Origin: Armatimonadota bacterium | Lineage (GTDB): Bacteria; Armatimonadota; SYMT01 | Direction: 5' to 3' | Length of the DNA stretch: 64,000 bases | NCBI GenBank assembly: GCA_046292385.1 | Contig: JBKBRF010000012.1 | Coordinates: forward strand, 81,039-145,038 | Shown: piece by piece, positions 1 to 9,475 of the stretch | Position numbering within the stretch: the stretch's first letter is position 1 | How the letters are laid out: each line of letters opens with the position of its first letter | Position numbers and translations under genes: made by a program | Notes under the pieces: generated by a model | What the model was told of the DNA's origin: nothing | The model's input: only the letters and a program-made list of their open reading frames with translations | Databases searched by the model: none

Positions 1-1
1 C

Positions 2-133
2 GGACACCCCTACGAGGAGCACTGGAACGAGTTCGGCCCCTGCCTCGATCCGGACTGCGAGTGCAGCGGCTTCGAGCGGCCCGGTGACACTCTCGGCGAG
101 GACTACGAGCACCTGACGGAGGATGAGGACTGA
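2..133 (+). CDS. C-terminal end of a small Cys/His-rich phage protein (partial)
   Basis: Frame from base 2 reads GHPYEEHWNEFGPCLDPDCECSGFE...EDED, stop at 131-133. Confidence 0.5.
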   Translation, partial: GHPYEEHWNEFGPCLDPDCECSGFERPGDTLGEDYEHLTEDED

Positions 134-359
134 GGCGCCCCTGAAAAAGTCGCCGAAAGTCGCGATGCATTTCCGCCTCCACGTACGTCATGCCTCCTGA
201 TGCGACAAGAGCCCGCTCTCCCGGTGGGAAAGCAGGCTCTGTCATACCTGGGCAGGGATGCGCCACAGGCGGGCTTCACACTCCAGTTCGGGGTGCCGAC
301 CGGCCTTCCCTGCCCCTTTCGACGCGGTGCCACTGACTGGCACCAGGAAGGGAACGACT

Positions 360-992
360 ATGGTTCAGATCGTCGAACAGAACACCAGGCGAGTCATCCT
401 CGAGGTCGAAGGCGATGACCTTCGGGGGGCCGACCTCCGGGGGCGGTCGCTTCGCAACGCGAGCCTGGAACATAAGGACCTCTCCGAGGCCGATCTCACG
501 GGGGCGGATCTGCGAGGCGCCTATCTCCTGGGCGTCACCATCAACGCCGGCACCCGTCTCCAAGGAGCCGATCTCCGCGGTGCCAACCTGAGCTGTGTGG
601 ATTTGCGACGGCTGGACTTGAGGGGGATCTCCTTTCGCCACGCGGATCTCGACTCCACCGACTTCATTGAGGCGGATCTGAGGGGCGCCGACCTTTCAGG
701 AGCAAATCTCAACGAAGCGAGATTGAACCGAGCAGATCTGGCCGACGCGGATCTCTCCGGAGCTCGGTTGACTAAAGCTGGGATGAGCCGCGTACACCTG
801 CAGGGTGCCGACCTTCGAGGTGCCGACCTCTCGACCGCCCGTATAAGCGAAGCGTATGTAGAGGGGGCAGTCTACGACGCCAAAACGCAGTGGCCGGAGG
901 GTATCGACCCCAGAACCGGGGGGGGCCAGTGTATAAGCGCCCCGTGGGAGTATCCGTTCCCCCTGCGGCAGTTCTTGAACGGTCGAGGTTAG
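360..992 (+). CDS. Pentapeptide repeat protein
   Basis: Long run of A(D/N)LxG pentapeptides (ADLRG, ADLSG, ANLNE); ATG at 360 after GGAAGGGAA. Confidence 0.9.
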   Translation: MVQIVEQNTRRVILEVEGDDLRGADLRGRSLRNASLEHKDLSEADLTGADLRGAYLLGVTINAGTRLQGADLRGANLSCVDLRRLDLRGISFRHADLDSTDFIEADLRGADLSGANLNEARLNRADLADADLSGARLTKAGMSRVHLQGADLRGADLSTARISEAYVEGAVYDAKTQWPEGIDPRTGGGQCISAPWEYPFPLRQFLNGRG

Positions 993-1000
993 GCGGCAGC

Positions 1001-1030
1001 GGCAGGTTATGCCACGTGGCATAACCTGCC
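1001..1030. repeat. Dispersed palindrome copy 1 (30-bp perfect palindrome; core TTATGCCACGTGGCATAA at 1007-1024)
   Basis: GGCAGGTTATGCCACGTGGCATAACCTGCC equals its own reverse complement. Confidence 0.97.
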
Positions 1031-1291
1031 ATACCACCATACCACCCTAGAGACTTCGGGCGGCGGCGTGGCCCAGATGACACGCTCAAGCGCGGGCACG
1101 ATCGGAAATATCTCGCTGGTTGAAGCGAAACACCGGGCAACCGGGGCCAAGAACTCCCGAGGCGGTGGAGACGACCACCTTACGAAAAGAGGGGCGTGGG
1201 AGGGCAGGGCGAGGCGCGCGAGTACTGGACTGTAACAGCAGCCGGAGAATGACCGGCCCGCCCGAAGAAACCGCTCGCTCGGTAGGAGGAA

Positions 1292-1320
1292 TAGACACGC
1301 AGGGCTAACCCACCTATAAT
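1292..1320 (+). promoter_or_regulatory. Sigma70-type promoter
   Basis: TAGACA-17 bp-TATAAT upstream of the 1403-3581 gene run. Confidence 0.7.
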
Positions 1321-1402
1321 CAAACAAACTTTGTTCCTGCTGTGGCCGCATGGGCCCCGTTCCGCGACGCTCTGCGCGTCCGGACGGGGCTTTTGGTGTC
1401 TT

Positions 1403-1786
1403 ATGGCTGCCAACCAACCACCTCTGCCTCCGGGAGCCACCCGGATCTTTGCTGTCCGGGAGCACAACGGACAACCCCGGAACCGCTACGTCGGCTACCG
1501 CGTGCCGGGGGATTCGCGCGTCTGGATGTGGTCGCACCAGGACAAGGACCACCATCCGTGCGAGCGCGCGGACCTGGTCGGCGAAGACCTGATCGAGCCC
1601 GATACGTTGCTCGGCGCTGCGATGGACGCCGACGACGCCCAGTCGCGGCGCGAATTCCTCAAGTGGCTGCGGGCCAACACGCCGAGCCTCTTCACCATTT
1701 TCTTGAGTGGCCGCATGGGCCCGGACCAGTCGGAGTCTGCCGATGAGCGCAGAGACCGCGGCCCGGGCTCACCGCCCGCGGCCTGA
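1403..1786 (+). CDS. Hypothetical phage protein
   Basis: ORF downstream of the promoter; GC-rich third positions. Confidence 0.6.
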   Translation: MAANQPPLPPGATRIFAVREHNGQPRNRYVGYRVPGDSRVWMWSHQDKDHHPCERADLVGEDLIEPDTLLGAAMDADDAQSRREFLKWLRANTPSLFTIFLSGRMGPDQSESADERRDRGPGSPPAA

Positions 1787-2351
1787 GAGCGATCAGCAGC
1801 CGGCGCGCTCGCGGAAGGAGTTCCTGGCCGCGCCCGGCCGGAACCACAATCCGCATACCGGGATGCCGTTGCGCCCCGGCCAGCGTCTCCCCACCGAGGG
1901 CGAGGAGCAGGAGTCGTTTGACGACTGGCTCTACCACCGCCGCTCTGCCCCCTTCCCGGATGATGGCCGGTGGGAGATCACCGAGAGGCATGCCTACCGT
2001 TGGCTCTCCCACCGCTTTGAGGGGCTCCTCGACAATCCCCGTCGCGCTGCGGGGCTGACCCGCCAGGGCGTCGACGCCAATGACCTCCTCCTCCTGATTC
2101 TGGACCTCCACGCCTACGCCGCGCTGCGCGAGCGAGCCTGGCAGGCGGGCCTGCCGACGCCGTGCCTCGTGGAATACCTCCGCGCGGACCGGGAGCGGTG
2201 GGGCTGGTGGGAGAAGGTGTTCCGGCTGGTGCGCGCGATGAACCGGGACGAGGATCCGGCGGTGATCGACGCGCTGCGTGAGGATCTTCGCGCGGCCGGC
2301 GGAAACCCGGATGCGGATGACGAGGGAGAGGGCAATGAAGGGGGGCTATGA
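1743..2351 (+). CDS. Hypothetical phage protein
   Basis: ORF overlapping both neighbours, operon-like; start uncertain. Confidence 0.6.
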   Translation: MSAETAARAHRPRPESDQQPARSRKEFLAAPGRNHNPHTGMPLRPGQRLPTEGEEQESFDDWLYHRRSAPFPDDGRWEITERHAYRWLSHRFEGLLDNPRRAAGLTRQGVDANDLLLLILDLHAYAALRERAWQAGLPTPCLVEYLRADRERWGWWEKVFRLVRAMNRDEDPAVIDALREDLRAAGGNPDADDEGEGNEGGL

Positions 2352-2952
2352 CCCCTCGGCGGCGGCCGCGGCGGCCACCAAGATCAAGTGGTTGAAGCGG
2401 GAGGACTGGGACGGGCTGGTAGACGCGGCGGCGGAAGAGCGGCGGGAGGAGCTGCTCGGGATCCGGGACCAGGCGATCATCGCCCTCGGGCTCTCCTCCG
2501 GGCTTCGCGTCTCGGAGCTGTGCAACCTCAACGTCGAAGACCTCGACCTGAAGGACCGGCGGCTGACTGTCCGGCGTGGGAAGGGCGGCAAGCCGCGGCC
2601 GGGGCGCTTCTCCGAAGACGCGCGCGACCTGATCGAGATCTGGTTGCAGGTGCGGCCGACGCAGCCGGAAGACACCGCCCGGGAACAGCGCGGACCGCTC
2701 TGGATCTCCCGCAAGGGTGGGCGGCTGGCGGCTCGGACGGTCCGGGAGATGATGCAGAAGGCCGGCGAGAAGGCGGCCCTCGGCCACGTCCACCCGCACA
2801 TGCTCCGCCACTCCTGCGCGACGGAGCTCCTCCGGAAGACCAACAACCTCCGCCAGGTGCAGGTGCACTTGGGGCACGCCCGGATCACCACCACCGAGAT
2901 CTACGCGCACGTGATCAACAACGACCTAGAGAAGGCGGTAGAGGACCTGTAG
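2335..2952 (+). CDS. Short tyrosine recombinase (catalytic domain only; XerC/FimB-like)
   Basis: SGLRVSEL (R), KGGK (K), HMLRHSCAT (HxxR), LGHARITTTEIY (H, Y); ~205 aa. Confidence 0.92.
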   Translation: MKGGYDPSAAAAAATKIKWLKREDWDGLVDAAAEERREELLGIRDQAIIALGLSSGLRVSELCNLNVEDLDLKDRRLTVRRGKGGKPRPGRFSEDARDLIEIWLQVRPTQPEDTAREQRGPLWISRKGGRLAARTVREMMQKAGEKAALGHVHPHMLRHSCATELLRKTNNLRQVQVHLGHARITTTEIYAHVINNDLEKAVEDL

Positions 2953-2964
2953 AGAGGGAGACCC

Positions 2965-3210
2965 ATGAACTACGAGATCAATTTGGAGGTAACTGTCACC
3001 GCGGATGAGATCCGAGGAATGGTCGCGGAGAAGGTCAACAACTCCCGGATGCATCGCCTACCGTTTACGGTCAAGCCGGAGGACGTGGACGTTCAGCCGG
3101 ACGGCACAGCCCTCATCCGGTGCCAGCGGCAGGCGGCTGATAACAGGACTTGGTGGGCCGAGAACAACCAGCTCACCGAGGAAGAGAAGCAGAAGCGAGG
3201 GACGCAGTGA
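2965..3210 (+). CDS. Hypothetical phage protein
   Basis: ATG after GAGGGAG; operonic with the recombinase. Confidence 0.65.
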   Translation: MNYEINLEVTVTADEIRGMVAEKVNNSRMHRLPFTVKPEDVDVQPDGTALIRCQRQAADNRTWWAENNQLTEEEKQKRGTQ

Positions 3211-3581
3211 GCACGATCCATCGACAGCACCGCAAACAGCGCACCTTCTTCCGGCTTCTGGCGCGCGAGCAGCGCCGGTGCTTCCAGTCGCTACACGACC
3301 GCGGAGAACTGAAGGTGCCCGACGAGCCCGCCCGACCGGATGAGCAGGACGACTGGGCCGACGAGGAGGATGACGATCCAGGGCAGCAGGGCTGCCTGCG
3401 CTGCGGCGCCCCGAGCTGGTACGTCCGCACAGGCTACTGCTCAGACGAGTGCCTTGGAGCGGATGCCGCCGAGATCGAAGATGAGGGGCGCTGCGGTCAC
3501 TGCGGCCGGCCCGGACCCTACGGAGAGCCTTGCTTCCGACCGCTGGACGGGCAGCTCGAAGAGTGCGGGCAGTTCATCTGA
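3207..3581 (+). CDS. Small acidic Cys-rich (CxxC) protein, possible zinc finger
   Basis: GTGA overlap with upstream stop; CLRC, CSDEC, CGHC motifs. Confidence 0.6.
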   Translation: MSTIHRQHRKQRTFFRLLAREQRRCFQSLHDRGELKVPDEPARPDEQDDWADEEDDDPGQQGCLRCGAPSWYVRTGYCSDECLGADAAEIEDEGRCGHCGRPGPYGEPCFRPLDGQLEECGQFI

Positions 3582-3589
3582 ATTCCGTA

Positions 3590-3627
3590 GCTGAACCGCC
3601 GAATTCCAATGAATTCGGCGGTTCAGC
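3590..3627. terminator. Perfect 17-bp stem hairpin between convergent genes
   Basis: GCTGAACCGCCGAATTC-caat-GAATTCGGCGGTTCAGC. Confidence 0.7.
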
Positions 3628-3702
3628 GGTCACGGTTCGCAGGTTCGGCGCCAGGGAGGCTATTCCGCAAGTTCAATGTGGGGGGGTTAACGCGAGTGCT
3701 CC

Positions 3703-5163
3703 TTACTTCACGATTGTCTGGGAGCTGTTCGGCACGTATCCCCAAACGTCGCGCCGTCCATCTGGAAGTTCTACGGTGAATCGTAACATCCCGCCCTCCC
3801 ATTTAAGAACACCAACCTGAGGGGCGACCACTCGAAGACTCTGCGCCTTGTTCCGCGTCAAACGTGAGAACAAGGCGCGGAAATCATTGATGGCAACCTG
3901 ATTCATCAATCGTCGGTTCACTTCCGGAGAAAGGCGGGAGATCTCTAGACGCGCCCAGGTTGACCCAGCCACTCGCGCTGCATCCTCCAGAACCATGGCA
4001 TGAGTTCTAGCATAGCGCGCTGTCATCAATCCCACGTTACGCTCTTCGACTCGGCATATTAGGTCAAGCGACGGTGGAACGCAGGCTTGCATCTTTCGGT
4101 AGAGATCGACCGGGTCTTTGGCGGGACCAGGCCGTTCACGACCAAGAACCCAGTCACCGCTCCGATCCGGTCGTAGTGTCCAACCGTAGAGCGCACCGAT
4201 CCCGAGCGCCAGATCATCGGCTCTCATGCTCGGAGCCGGAGAAAGGTATACCCGTCGCTTCGACGCATAGTCGGGAGTGCGAACGTCCCGCCCGACCCGG
4301 TTCTTCAACACTGCCGCAATCGCATCCACTCGGATCTCTCCCTGGGGGAGTTTCAACTCCGTGTGAAAAGCCTTCGGCGCCTGCGGAAGATCAGCTAATG
4401 CCTCACCTCGGAATGAGACTGGTCTGACGTCCCACGGTGGAGGTGGAGGGGCTTGGAAGTTCGACTTGGCGTTATCCCGCGGATACGCGATCCAGTAGAC
4501 CATGGGCTCTCGAAGGGTGGGGTCGACTTCGAGTTCCGCGCCTTTCCAACCAACGAAGAGCTTCTCCATCCGCTCGCTATAGGTCTCCTGGCTGGAGAAG
4601 ACCTGCGCGGCATTTACGGTAAGCCAAAGCCGACGTTGCTCATCCGGGAGGGCAGCGAGTGGTAGCCCCTCGGGTCGCCGCATCGCGGCACGCTGCTCCA
4701 CTGTCAGGGAGTCCCAGAACCGATTCTGGTTCTCGGGGTAGAGCGGCGACAGGGGATATGGCGCGAACGGGTGAACCAATCGATGCAGATCTGCTCCTGT
4801 CTGTTGTAACTCCTCCAGCTCTAAACTGAGCGTCTCGCGTTCATCCCCATAACGACGATGAAACAGGAGAACACGACTACCCTGACGTCCGTAAAGGTCG
4901 AAATCGGTGGCCAGTGCGTCGAGTGCGCGCGAGACGGGTACGTCCTCAAGCGCCATTTCCAAGCGGTGTTCGACCTGCGGGATCTCCGCGATGACACTAA
5001 GACCTGTAGCCTGTGCTACGGTGTCCAACACCTCGGCGAGCTTCGCTCCGCGGGAGAGCGTCACCTTCGGTTCCATCGAGGCCTTGGGACCGTCTTGGGC
5101 GGCGGATGCGGCTACCCCGAGGGTGGCTACGAGCGCAAGAATTAACCTAATCTGCATGTTCAC
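3703..5163 (-). CDS. Exported hypothetical protein with N-terminal STN/secretin-N-like segment (moron)
   Basis: Signal peptide ending ASAAQ; LAEVLDTVAQATGLSVI...DVPVSRALDALA resembles STN domains; opposite strand, AT-richer. Confidence 0.65.
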   Translation of the reverse strand: MNMQIRLILALVATLGVAASAAQDGPKASMEPKVTLSRGAKLAEVLDTVAQATGLSVIAEIPQVEHRLEMALEDVPVSRALDALATDFDLYGRQGSRVLLFHRRYGDERETLSLELEELQQTGADLHRLVHPFAPYPLSPLYPENQNRFWDSLTVEQRAAMRRPEGLPLAALPDEQRRLWLTVNAAQVFSSQETYSERMEKLFVGWKGAELEVDPTLREPMVYWIAYPRDNAKSNFQAPPPPPWDVRPVSFRGEALADLPQAPKAFHTELKLPQGEIRVDAIAAVLKNRVGRDVRTPDYASKRRVYLSPAPSMRADDLALGIGALYGWTLRPDRSGDWVLGRERPGPAKDPVDLYRKMQACVPPSLDLICRVEERNVGLMTARYARTHAMVLEDAARVAGSTWARLEISRLSPEVNRRLMNQVAINDFRALFSRLTRNKAQSLRVVAPQVGVLKWEGGMLRFTVELPDGRRDVWGYVPNSSQTIVK

Positions 5164-5219
5164 CCCTGATGACGCGAGCGACGGTCTCCCGTCGCTCGCC
5201 GGAGCAGGTAACTTCGGGA

Positions 5220-5864
5220 CTAGTTGCCGATCTGGATCTGTGCCCAGGCCACGGCTGATCCATGGAATCCCGTACCCATGGAATCAGCAACGGTGAACAC
5301 CATGATCGACCCCTTCACCTCCATCGTCATGTTGATAGAAGCAGACTTCTGATCGCTGCGGAAGTTGGTGTTTGCCGGGCCGGGATCATAGGCCGTCCAT
5401 GTAGGGAATTGTCCTGTTACCGAGTTGTTGGCGACGGCGCTCACGTTCACGGCTACAGTGCCCGCTGAAGCCGTTGCCTCCGCCTCACCTCTCGAGAATG
5501 AGTTTCCGTTCGCAGCGGTAGATCCGGCGGTTGCCTCCGCTCGGCAATCTCCCTTTAACAGCACCGAAAGGGCGGCAGGATTCCCATTCTTGGTGTAAAC
5601 TCTCTTATAGCTAAACTCCTGGTGAGCGTGCGTAAAGCTGTTCTGGCCGTTACTGCTAGCTGAGTTCGCACTAGCTTGGGCGTAATAGCTATTACTAGCA
5701 TCGCTTTTACCGCTACCCTCCGTTGAGTGAGAGATGTGGTCCACATCGGAGTCTAACTCGAGGTTTCCCACGGTCCAGCTATCTGCGAGTGCGGGAGATG
5801 CAGCCATGATCCCGACGCAGATGCAGCCGACCGGGACTGTCCGAGTGCGCCAGTTCCTTCTCAT
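5220..5864 (-). CDS. Secreted Ser/Ala/Asn/Thr-rich protein (moron)
   Basis: Signal peptide ending SPALA; RBS AGGAG; small-residue, beta-prone composition. Confidence 0.65.
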   Translation of the reverse strand: MRRNWRTRTVPVGCICVGIMAASPALADSWTVGNLELDSDVDHISHSTEGSGKSDASNSYYAQASANSASSNGQNSFTHAHQEFSYKRVYTKNGNPAALSVLLKGDCRAEATAGSTAANGNSFSRGEAEATASAGTVAVNVSAVANNSVTGQFPTWTAYDPGPANTNFRSDQKSASINMTMEVKGSIMVFTVADSMGTGFHGSAVAWAQIQIGN

Positions 5865-6250
5865 ACGGATTCTCCTTAGCGAGCAGTGTCGGCCGAGCGA
5901 GCGACGGAACGCCCACAGGCCAGGTAATTGAGGCGAGATAGAATCGAGGGGATCAGGACAGGATAGCTAGGCCCCACGACCCTACCGGATCTAGTTTCTT
6001 CCTAAAACGTAAGGACCCTTTGCTTGAGTAGTAGCGGTATTGTTGAGAAAATCGCAAGAAGGTGTGAGAGCCGCATGAAAGCGGCGGTTGGCGCTCACCC
6101 CCCGTGGTAGTGTGAGATTAGAAGAGTGAGATCCGATCTCACCACAATGCGTGAGAGCTGAATACACCACGAAGGGGCCGGCGACGGCCCCGCAAAGAAG
6201 AGAGGGGGCTCCCGAAAGGGGGTCCCCTCTCGCACTTTCTGGGGGCCGCC

Positions 6251-6502
6251 ATGGACAGAGCCGAGGAGCCGAGGAAGCCGCTGTCCTGGTGGGACATCTC
6301 GATCTCCGGACGGAGGGTTCCGGCTCAGGAGGACGTCACAGTCAATGCCGTCGTTCGCCGCAGCCGCTTCCGCTTCGGGGCGCGCCTGCCCTGGAAATGG
6401 GCGCTCGTTATCGGGCTCCTGATCTTGGGCTCCCATCCGTGGGGCCGATGGGTGCTCGAGCAGGCGCAGTGGTTGGCCCGACAGATGGGGGTGGCGATCT
6501 AA
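6251..6502 (+). CDS. Small single-TM protein, lysis-region (holin candidate)
   Basis: Hydrophobic WALVIGLLILGS stretch; upstream of the endolysin candidate. Confidence 0.5.
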   Translation: MDRAEEPRKPLSWWDISISGRRVPAQEDVTVNAVVRRSRFRFGARLPWKWALVIGLLILGSHPWGRWVLEQAQWLARQMGVAI

Positions 6503-6765
6503 TGGGAGTTTTCGGCGTCTTCAAAGGCAAGCTCTGGGACCTCGTCAAGGGAAACGTCTGGGAGATCCTACGCTCGGTGGTCTCCAAGGCCGCGGCCGAA
6601 GAGGTCGCAGACGGCATCCAGGCACACTTCCAGCGCATCGGTCCGGAAGGCCGCGAGCGACTGGCTGCGAAGCTGGTCAAGATCGCGGACCTGCTCCGGG
6701 CCGACAAGAGCGGCAAAGCGGCGGCGCAGGCCTCCGCGACACTGGTTGGCGAGCTGGAGCTATGA
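6502..6765 (+). CDS. Hypothetical phage protein
   Basis: TAATG stop/start overlap; starts MGVFGVFKG. Confidence 0.6.
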   Translation: MGVFGVFKGKLWDLVKGNVWEILRSVVSKAAAEEVADGIQAHFQRIGPEGRERLAAKLVKIADLLRADKSGKAAAQASATLVGELEL

Positions 6766-7046
6766 CCTGCGCGCTTGACGCGCGCGACCAGACACCAGAT
6801 GAAGTCCGGCTTCGGGGAGCGATCCTCGAGCCGGGCTTTTTCAATGTCGGCCGCGGCGTAACCCTCGACCTTACGGAGTGCACCCTCAGCCTCCGCGCGG
6901 TGGGCGGCCTGGTCCGCCTGGTCCGGGAAGAGCGGCGCGTCCAGATCCGGATGCCCTACACCTGCCAGCCGCAGCAAGCGATCGAGACGGTCTTCGGACC
7001 GCACCACCTCCACTACCTCGGCGGCACTGACTGGGAGCTCTCCTGA
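6762..7046 (+). CDS. Hypothetical protein, weakly STAS-like
   Basis: ATGA overlap; VTLDLTECTLSLRAVGGLV resembles the STAS beta-alpha motif. Confidence 0.5.
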   Translation: MTCALDARDQTPDEVRLRGAILEPGFFNVGRGVTLDLTECTLSLRAVGGLVRLVREERRVQIRMPYTCQPQQAIETVFGPHHLHYLGGTDWELS

Positions 7047-7882
7047 TGTTCAAGCTTCGGGACCTAGACCTCGACCGGATCTGCGAGCTCAACGAGTTCC
7101 TCGTCCCCCAGGACGGCCTGGCCATGGTCGGTATCCGCGGCTGTTTGCCGGCGAAGCCCGGCGCCTGGGGCCGTGAGGTGGAGCTGGAGGCCGCGAAGGT
7201 CGACTACACCCACCCCCGCTGCACCATCATCCTCTGGCAGCCCCGCTTCGGCTCCCTCGCGGCCTTCCCGGGCAGCACCGTCCCGCACATCAGCGAGATC
7301 AAGAAGGCGGCGGCGAACGGCGGCAGAGGCGCCAATTGCCTGATGACGGGCTGCTACAGCTATGTCCGCGGGTGGCACCGCTACGGATCCCGGACCGCGC
7401 ACCAGGCATTTCGGCAGGATGGAGTCCGGCCGCTGCGGCGGACCAGGGATGACCTCACCTATTCCCTGGCCGACCCGGTGGAGATCTCGAACCCGGGCGA
7501 CAACCTCCACGCCGGGTGGTGTGACAGCGTCGATTCCGAATACTACGGCTCGGCCGGCTGCCAAGTAGTGGTAGGCCGCCCCACCCGTGGCCACTGGCGG
7601 ACCTTCTACGCCGAGGCGGTGGCGAAGGGCCAGACCGCTTTCACCTATCTGCTGCTGACCTGCCGGGACATCAAGTTCCCCCAGCCGGTGGTGCGCTTCG
7701 GCAGCCGCGGCCCGCGGACGAAGGCGCTGCAAGAGGCGATGATCCGGGGCGGCCGGCTGAAGGGACCCGCGGACGGCGTTTGCGGGCCCAACACGTTCTT
7801 GTCGCTGGTCCAGGCGCAGGGTGACCGGGACACTGGCGTCTTCGGGGTCGACCTCGCGCGACAGATCGGAGCCCGCTGGTGA
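7046..7882 (+). CDS. Putative endolysin: L,D-transpeptidase-like catalytic motif plus C-terminal peptidoglycan-binding domain
   Basis: NLH-x14-SAGCQV; C-terminal GSRGPRTKALQEAM...ADGVCGPNT matches the PG_binding_1 pattern. Confidence 0.75.
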   Translation: MFKLRDLDLDRICELNEFLVPQDGLAMVGIRGCLPAKPGAWGREVELEAAKVDYTHPRCTIILWQPRFGSLAAFPGSTVPHISEIKKAAANGGRGANCLMTGCYSYVRGWHRYGSRTAHQAFRQDGVRPLRRTRDDLTYSLADPVEISNPGDNLHAGWCDSVDSEYYGSAGCQVVVGRPTRGHWRTFYAEAVAKGQTAFTYLLLTCRDIKFPQPVVRFGSRGPRTKALQEAMIRGGRLKGPADGVCGPNTFLSLVQAQGDRDTGVFGVDLARQIGARW

Positions 7883-8229
7883 CCTGGCTGGATCACTTTT
7901 GGAAGCGGCTGCAGTGGCGGATCCACCGTCGCCGGCCGGGGGCCAAGCCCCACAAGCCCGTGCGGCCCCTGGAGACGGCGCTGGCCTGGAAGGAGCTGTG
8001 CTGATGCGTCTCGGTTGGATTGGAAACGGCATACTCGCCGCACTGGCGATGATCGGCCTGGCCGCGCGGACTCCGCAGGGATCGGCGCGGCCCGAGCGCT
8101 CGCCGTACATCGCCGCCTCTTCCGGGCGTGAGCTGGTCTTCGGCCGGCGTCTCCCGGACCCGCCGCGGCAGGGCCGACCGTTCCGCCGCTGTCACCGGAC
8201 CGGGCTCAAGCTCCGCGCGCTGTAGGGCG

Positions 8230-8253
8230 CGATTATGCCACGTGGCATAATCG
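8230..8253. repeat. Dispersed palindrome copy 2 (24-bp perfect; core 8233-8250)
   Basis: CGATTATGCCACGTGGCATAATCG. Confidence 0.97.
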
Positions 8254-8266
8254 GCGGAGATCTCCG

Positions 8267-8902
8267 ATGGAAGACCTGGCGCGGCCCCAGCCGCCCGTGG
8301 ACCTGCTCGCCGCGGATGAGGAGACGATCCTCTTCGCGCCGGCGCACGAGCTGGCGGAGTGGGTCGAGGCCACGTTCCTGGACGAGAGCGGCCTACTCCA
8401 CAACTGGGAGCACGAGCACCTCCAGGATGCCACCGTCGCCTTCCTCTGGACGAACACGCGAAACGAGAAGGGTGGCCGGCGCATCGTCGGCACCGCGGAA
8501 ATCCCCGCGAGCCAGGGGGCCACGCGCTGGGTGAAGGCGAGGCTCGAGTATCAACTCTGGAACTGGTTCGGCGAGCTGCCGGACTTCCTCATCACCATCG
8601 ACGCGAGCTACTGGGCGGCGATCTCCGACGCGGCCGCGTGTGCCCTGATTGAGCACGAGCTCTACCACTGCTCGTTCAAGGTGGATCGCGACGGCGACCC
8701 CCGCACCGATCCGGATGGTGAGCTGATCTGGTCGCTGAAGGCGCACGACGTCGAGGAATTCATTGGCGTGGTCCGCCGCTACGGCCCTGGGGCTGCTTCG
8801 GGCGGGGTGGCCGCGCTGGTAGAGGCGGCGCAGCACCGGCCGCTTTTCTCCGCGGAGGAGATCGCCGAGGCGTGTAGCGGCTGCGGTGTCTGCGCCCGCT
8901 GA
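8267..8902 (+). CDS. Putative phage metallopeptidase
   Basis: HELYH motif plus downstream HDVEEF; sits before TerS. Confidence 0.85.
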   Translation: MEDLARPQPPVDLLAADEETILFAPAHELAEWVEATFLDESGLLHNWEHEHLQDATVAFLWTNTRNEKGGRRIVGTAEIPASQGATRWVKARLEYQLWNWFGELPDFLITIDASYWAAISDAAACALIEHELYHCSFKVDRDGDPRTDPDGELIWSLKAHDVEEFIGVVRRYGPGAASGGVAALVEAAQHRPLFSAEEIAEACSGCGVCAR

Positions 8903-8920
8903 CTTTGATGGGCTTTGACC

Positions 8921-9475
8921 ATGGCGAATCTCACGCGTAAGCAGAAGGTGGCCGTGGTGGCACGCCTGGCGACCTTCGAGATGCCAGCCGATGTACGGAC
9001 CTGGCTCAAAGAGGAATGCGGCGTGGAGATCAGCCTCCAGGCGGTCTGCTACTACGATCCGACGAACGCCCAGGGCGCCCGGGAACTGTCGCAGGACCTC
9101 AAGGATCTCTTCTTCGAGACGCGGGCCCGCTACCTGGATGCCGTGGCGGACATCCCAATCGCAGACCGGCGTTACCGGCTCCTCCGGCTGCAGCAGCTCC
9201 TCGACCTCAAGAAGTACCGCGAGAACGCCAAGACGGCGCTTGCGATCCTGGAACAGGCGGCGAAAGAGGCGGGGGGCGCCTACACGAACCGGCGAGAGCT
9301 GACTGGTGCCGGCGGCGGGCCGATCGAGGTAGCCAACGTCGACCTGTCGAGGCTCACGGATGAAGAACTCACGGAGCTCGAACAGCTCCTCGCTCGCGCG
9401 GAGGGTTCCGACTCTGGCGGCGGTGAGGGCGGAGCGGGAGCGCCGGCGGGTTCTGACGTTCAAGGAGTTCGTTGA
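8921..9475 (+). CDS. Terminase small subunit (DUF2280-like)
   Basis: YDPT motif, EQAAKEAGG, RRELTGAGGGPI; directly upstream of TerL. Confidence 0.8.
   Translation: MANLTRKQKVAVVARLATFEMPADVRTWLKEECGVEISLQAVCYYDPTNAQGARELSQDLKDLFFETRARYLDAVADIPIADRRYRLLRLQQLLDLKKYRENAKTALAILEQAAKEAGGAYTNRRELTGAGGGPIEVANVDLSRLTDEELTELEQLLARAEGSDSGGGEGGAGAPAGSDVQGVR

Noticed and set aside
1001..1030. Palindrome as a Xer dif site
   Set aside because: dif has CATAA-N6-TTATG facing inward with an asymmetric spacer; here the order is TTATG-N8-CATAA and fully symmetric.
9360..9475. TerS/TerL overlap as a programmed frameshift fusion
   Set aside because: In-frame starts exist (ATG 9360, GTG 9423), such overlaps are common, and I saw no convincing slippery site.
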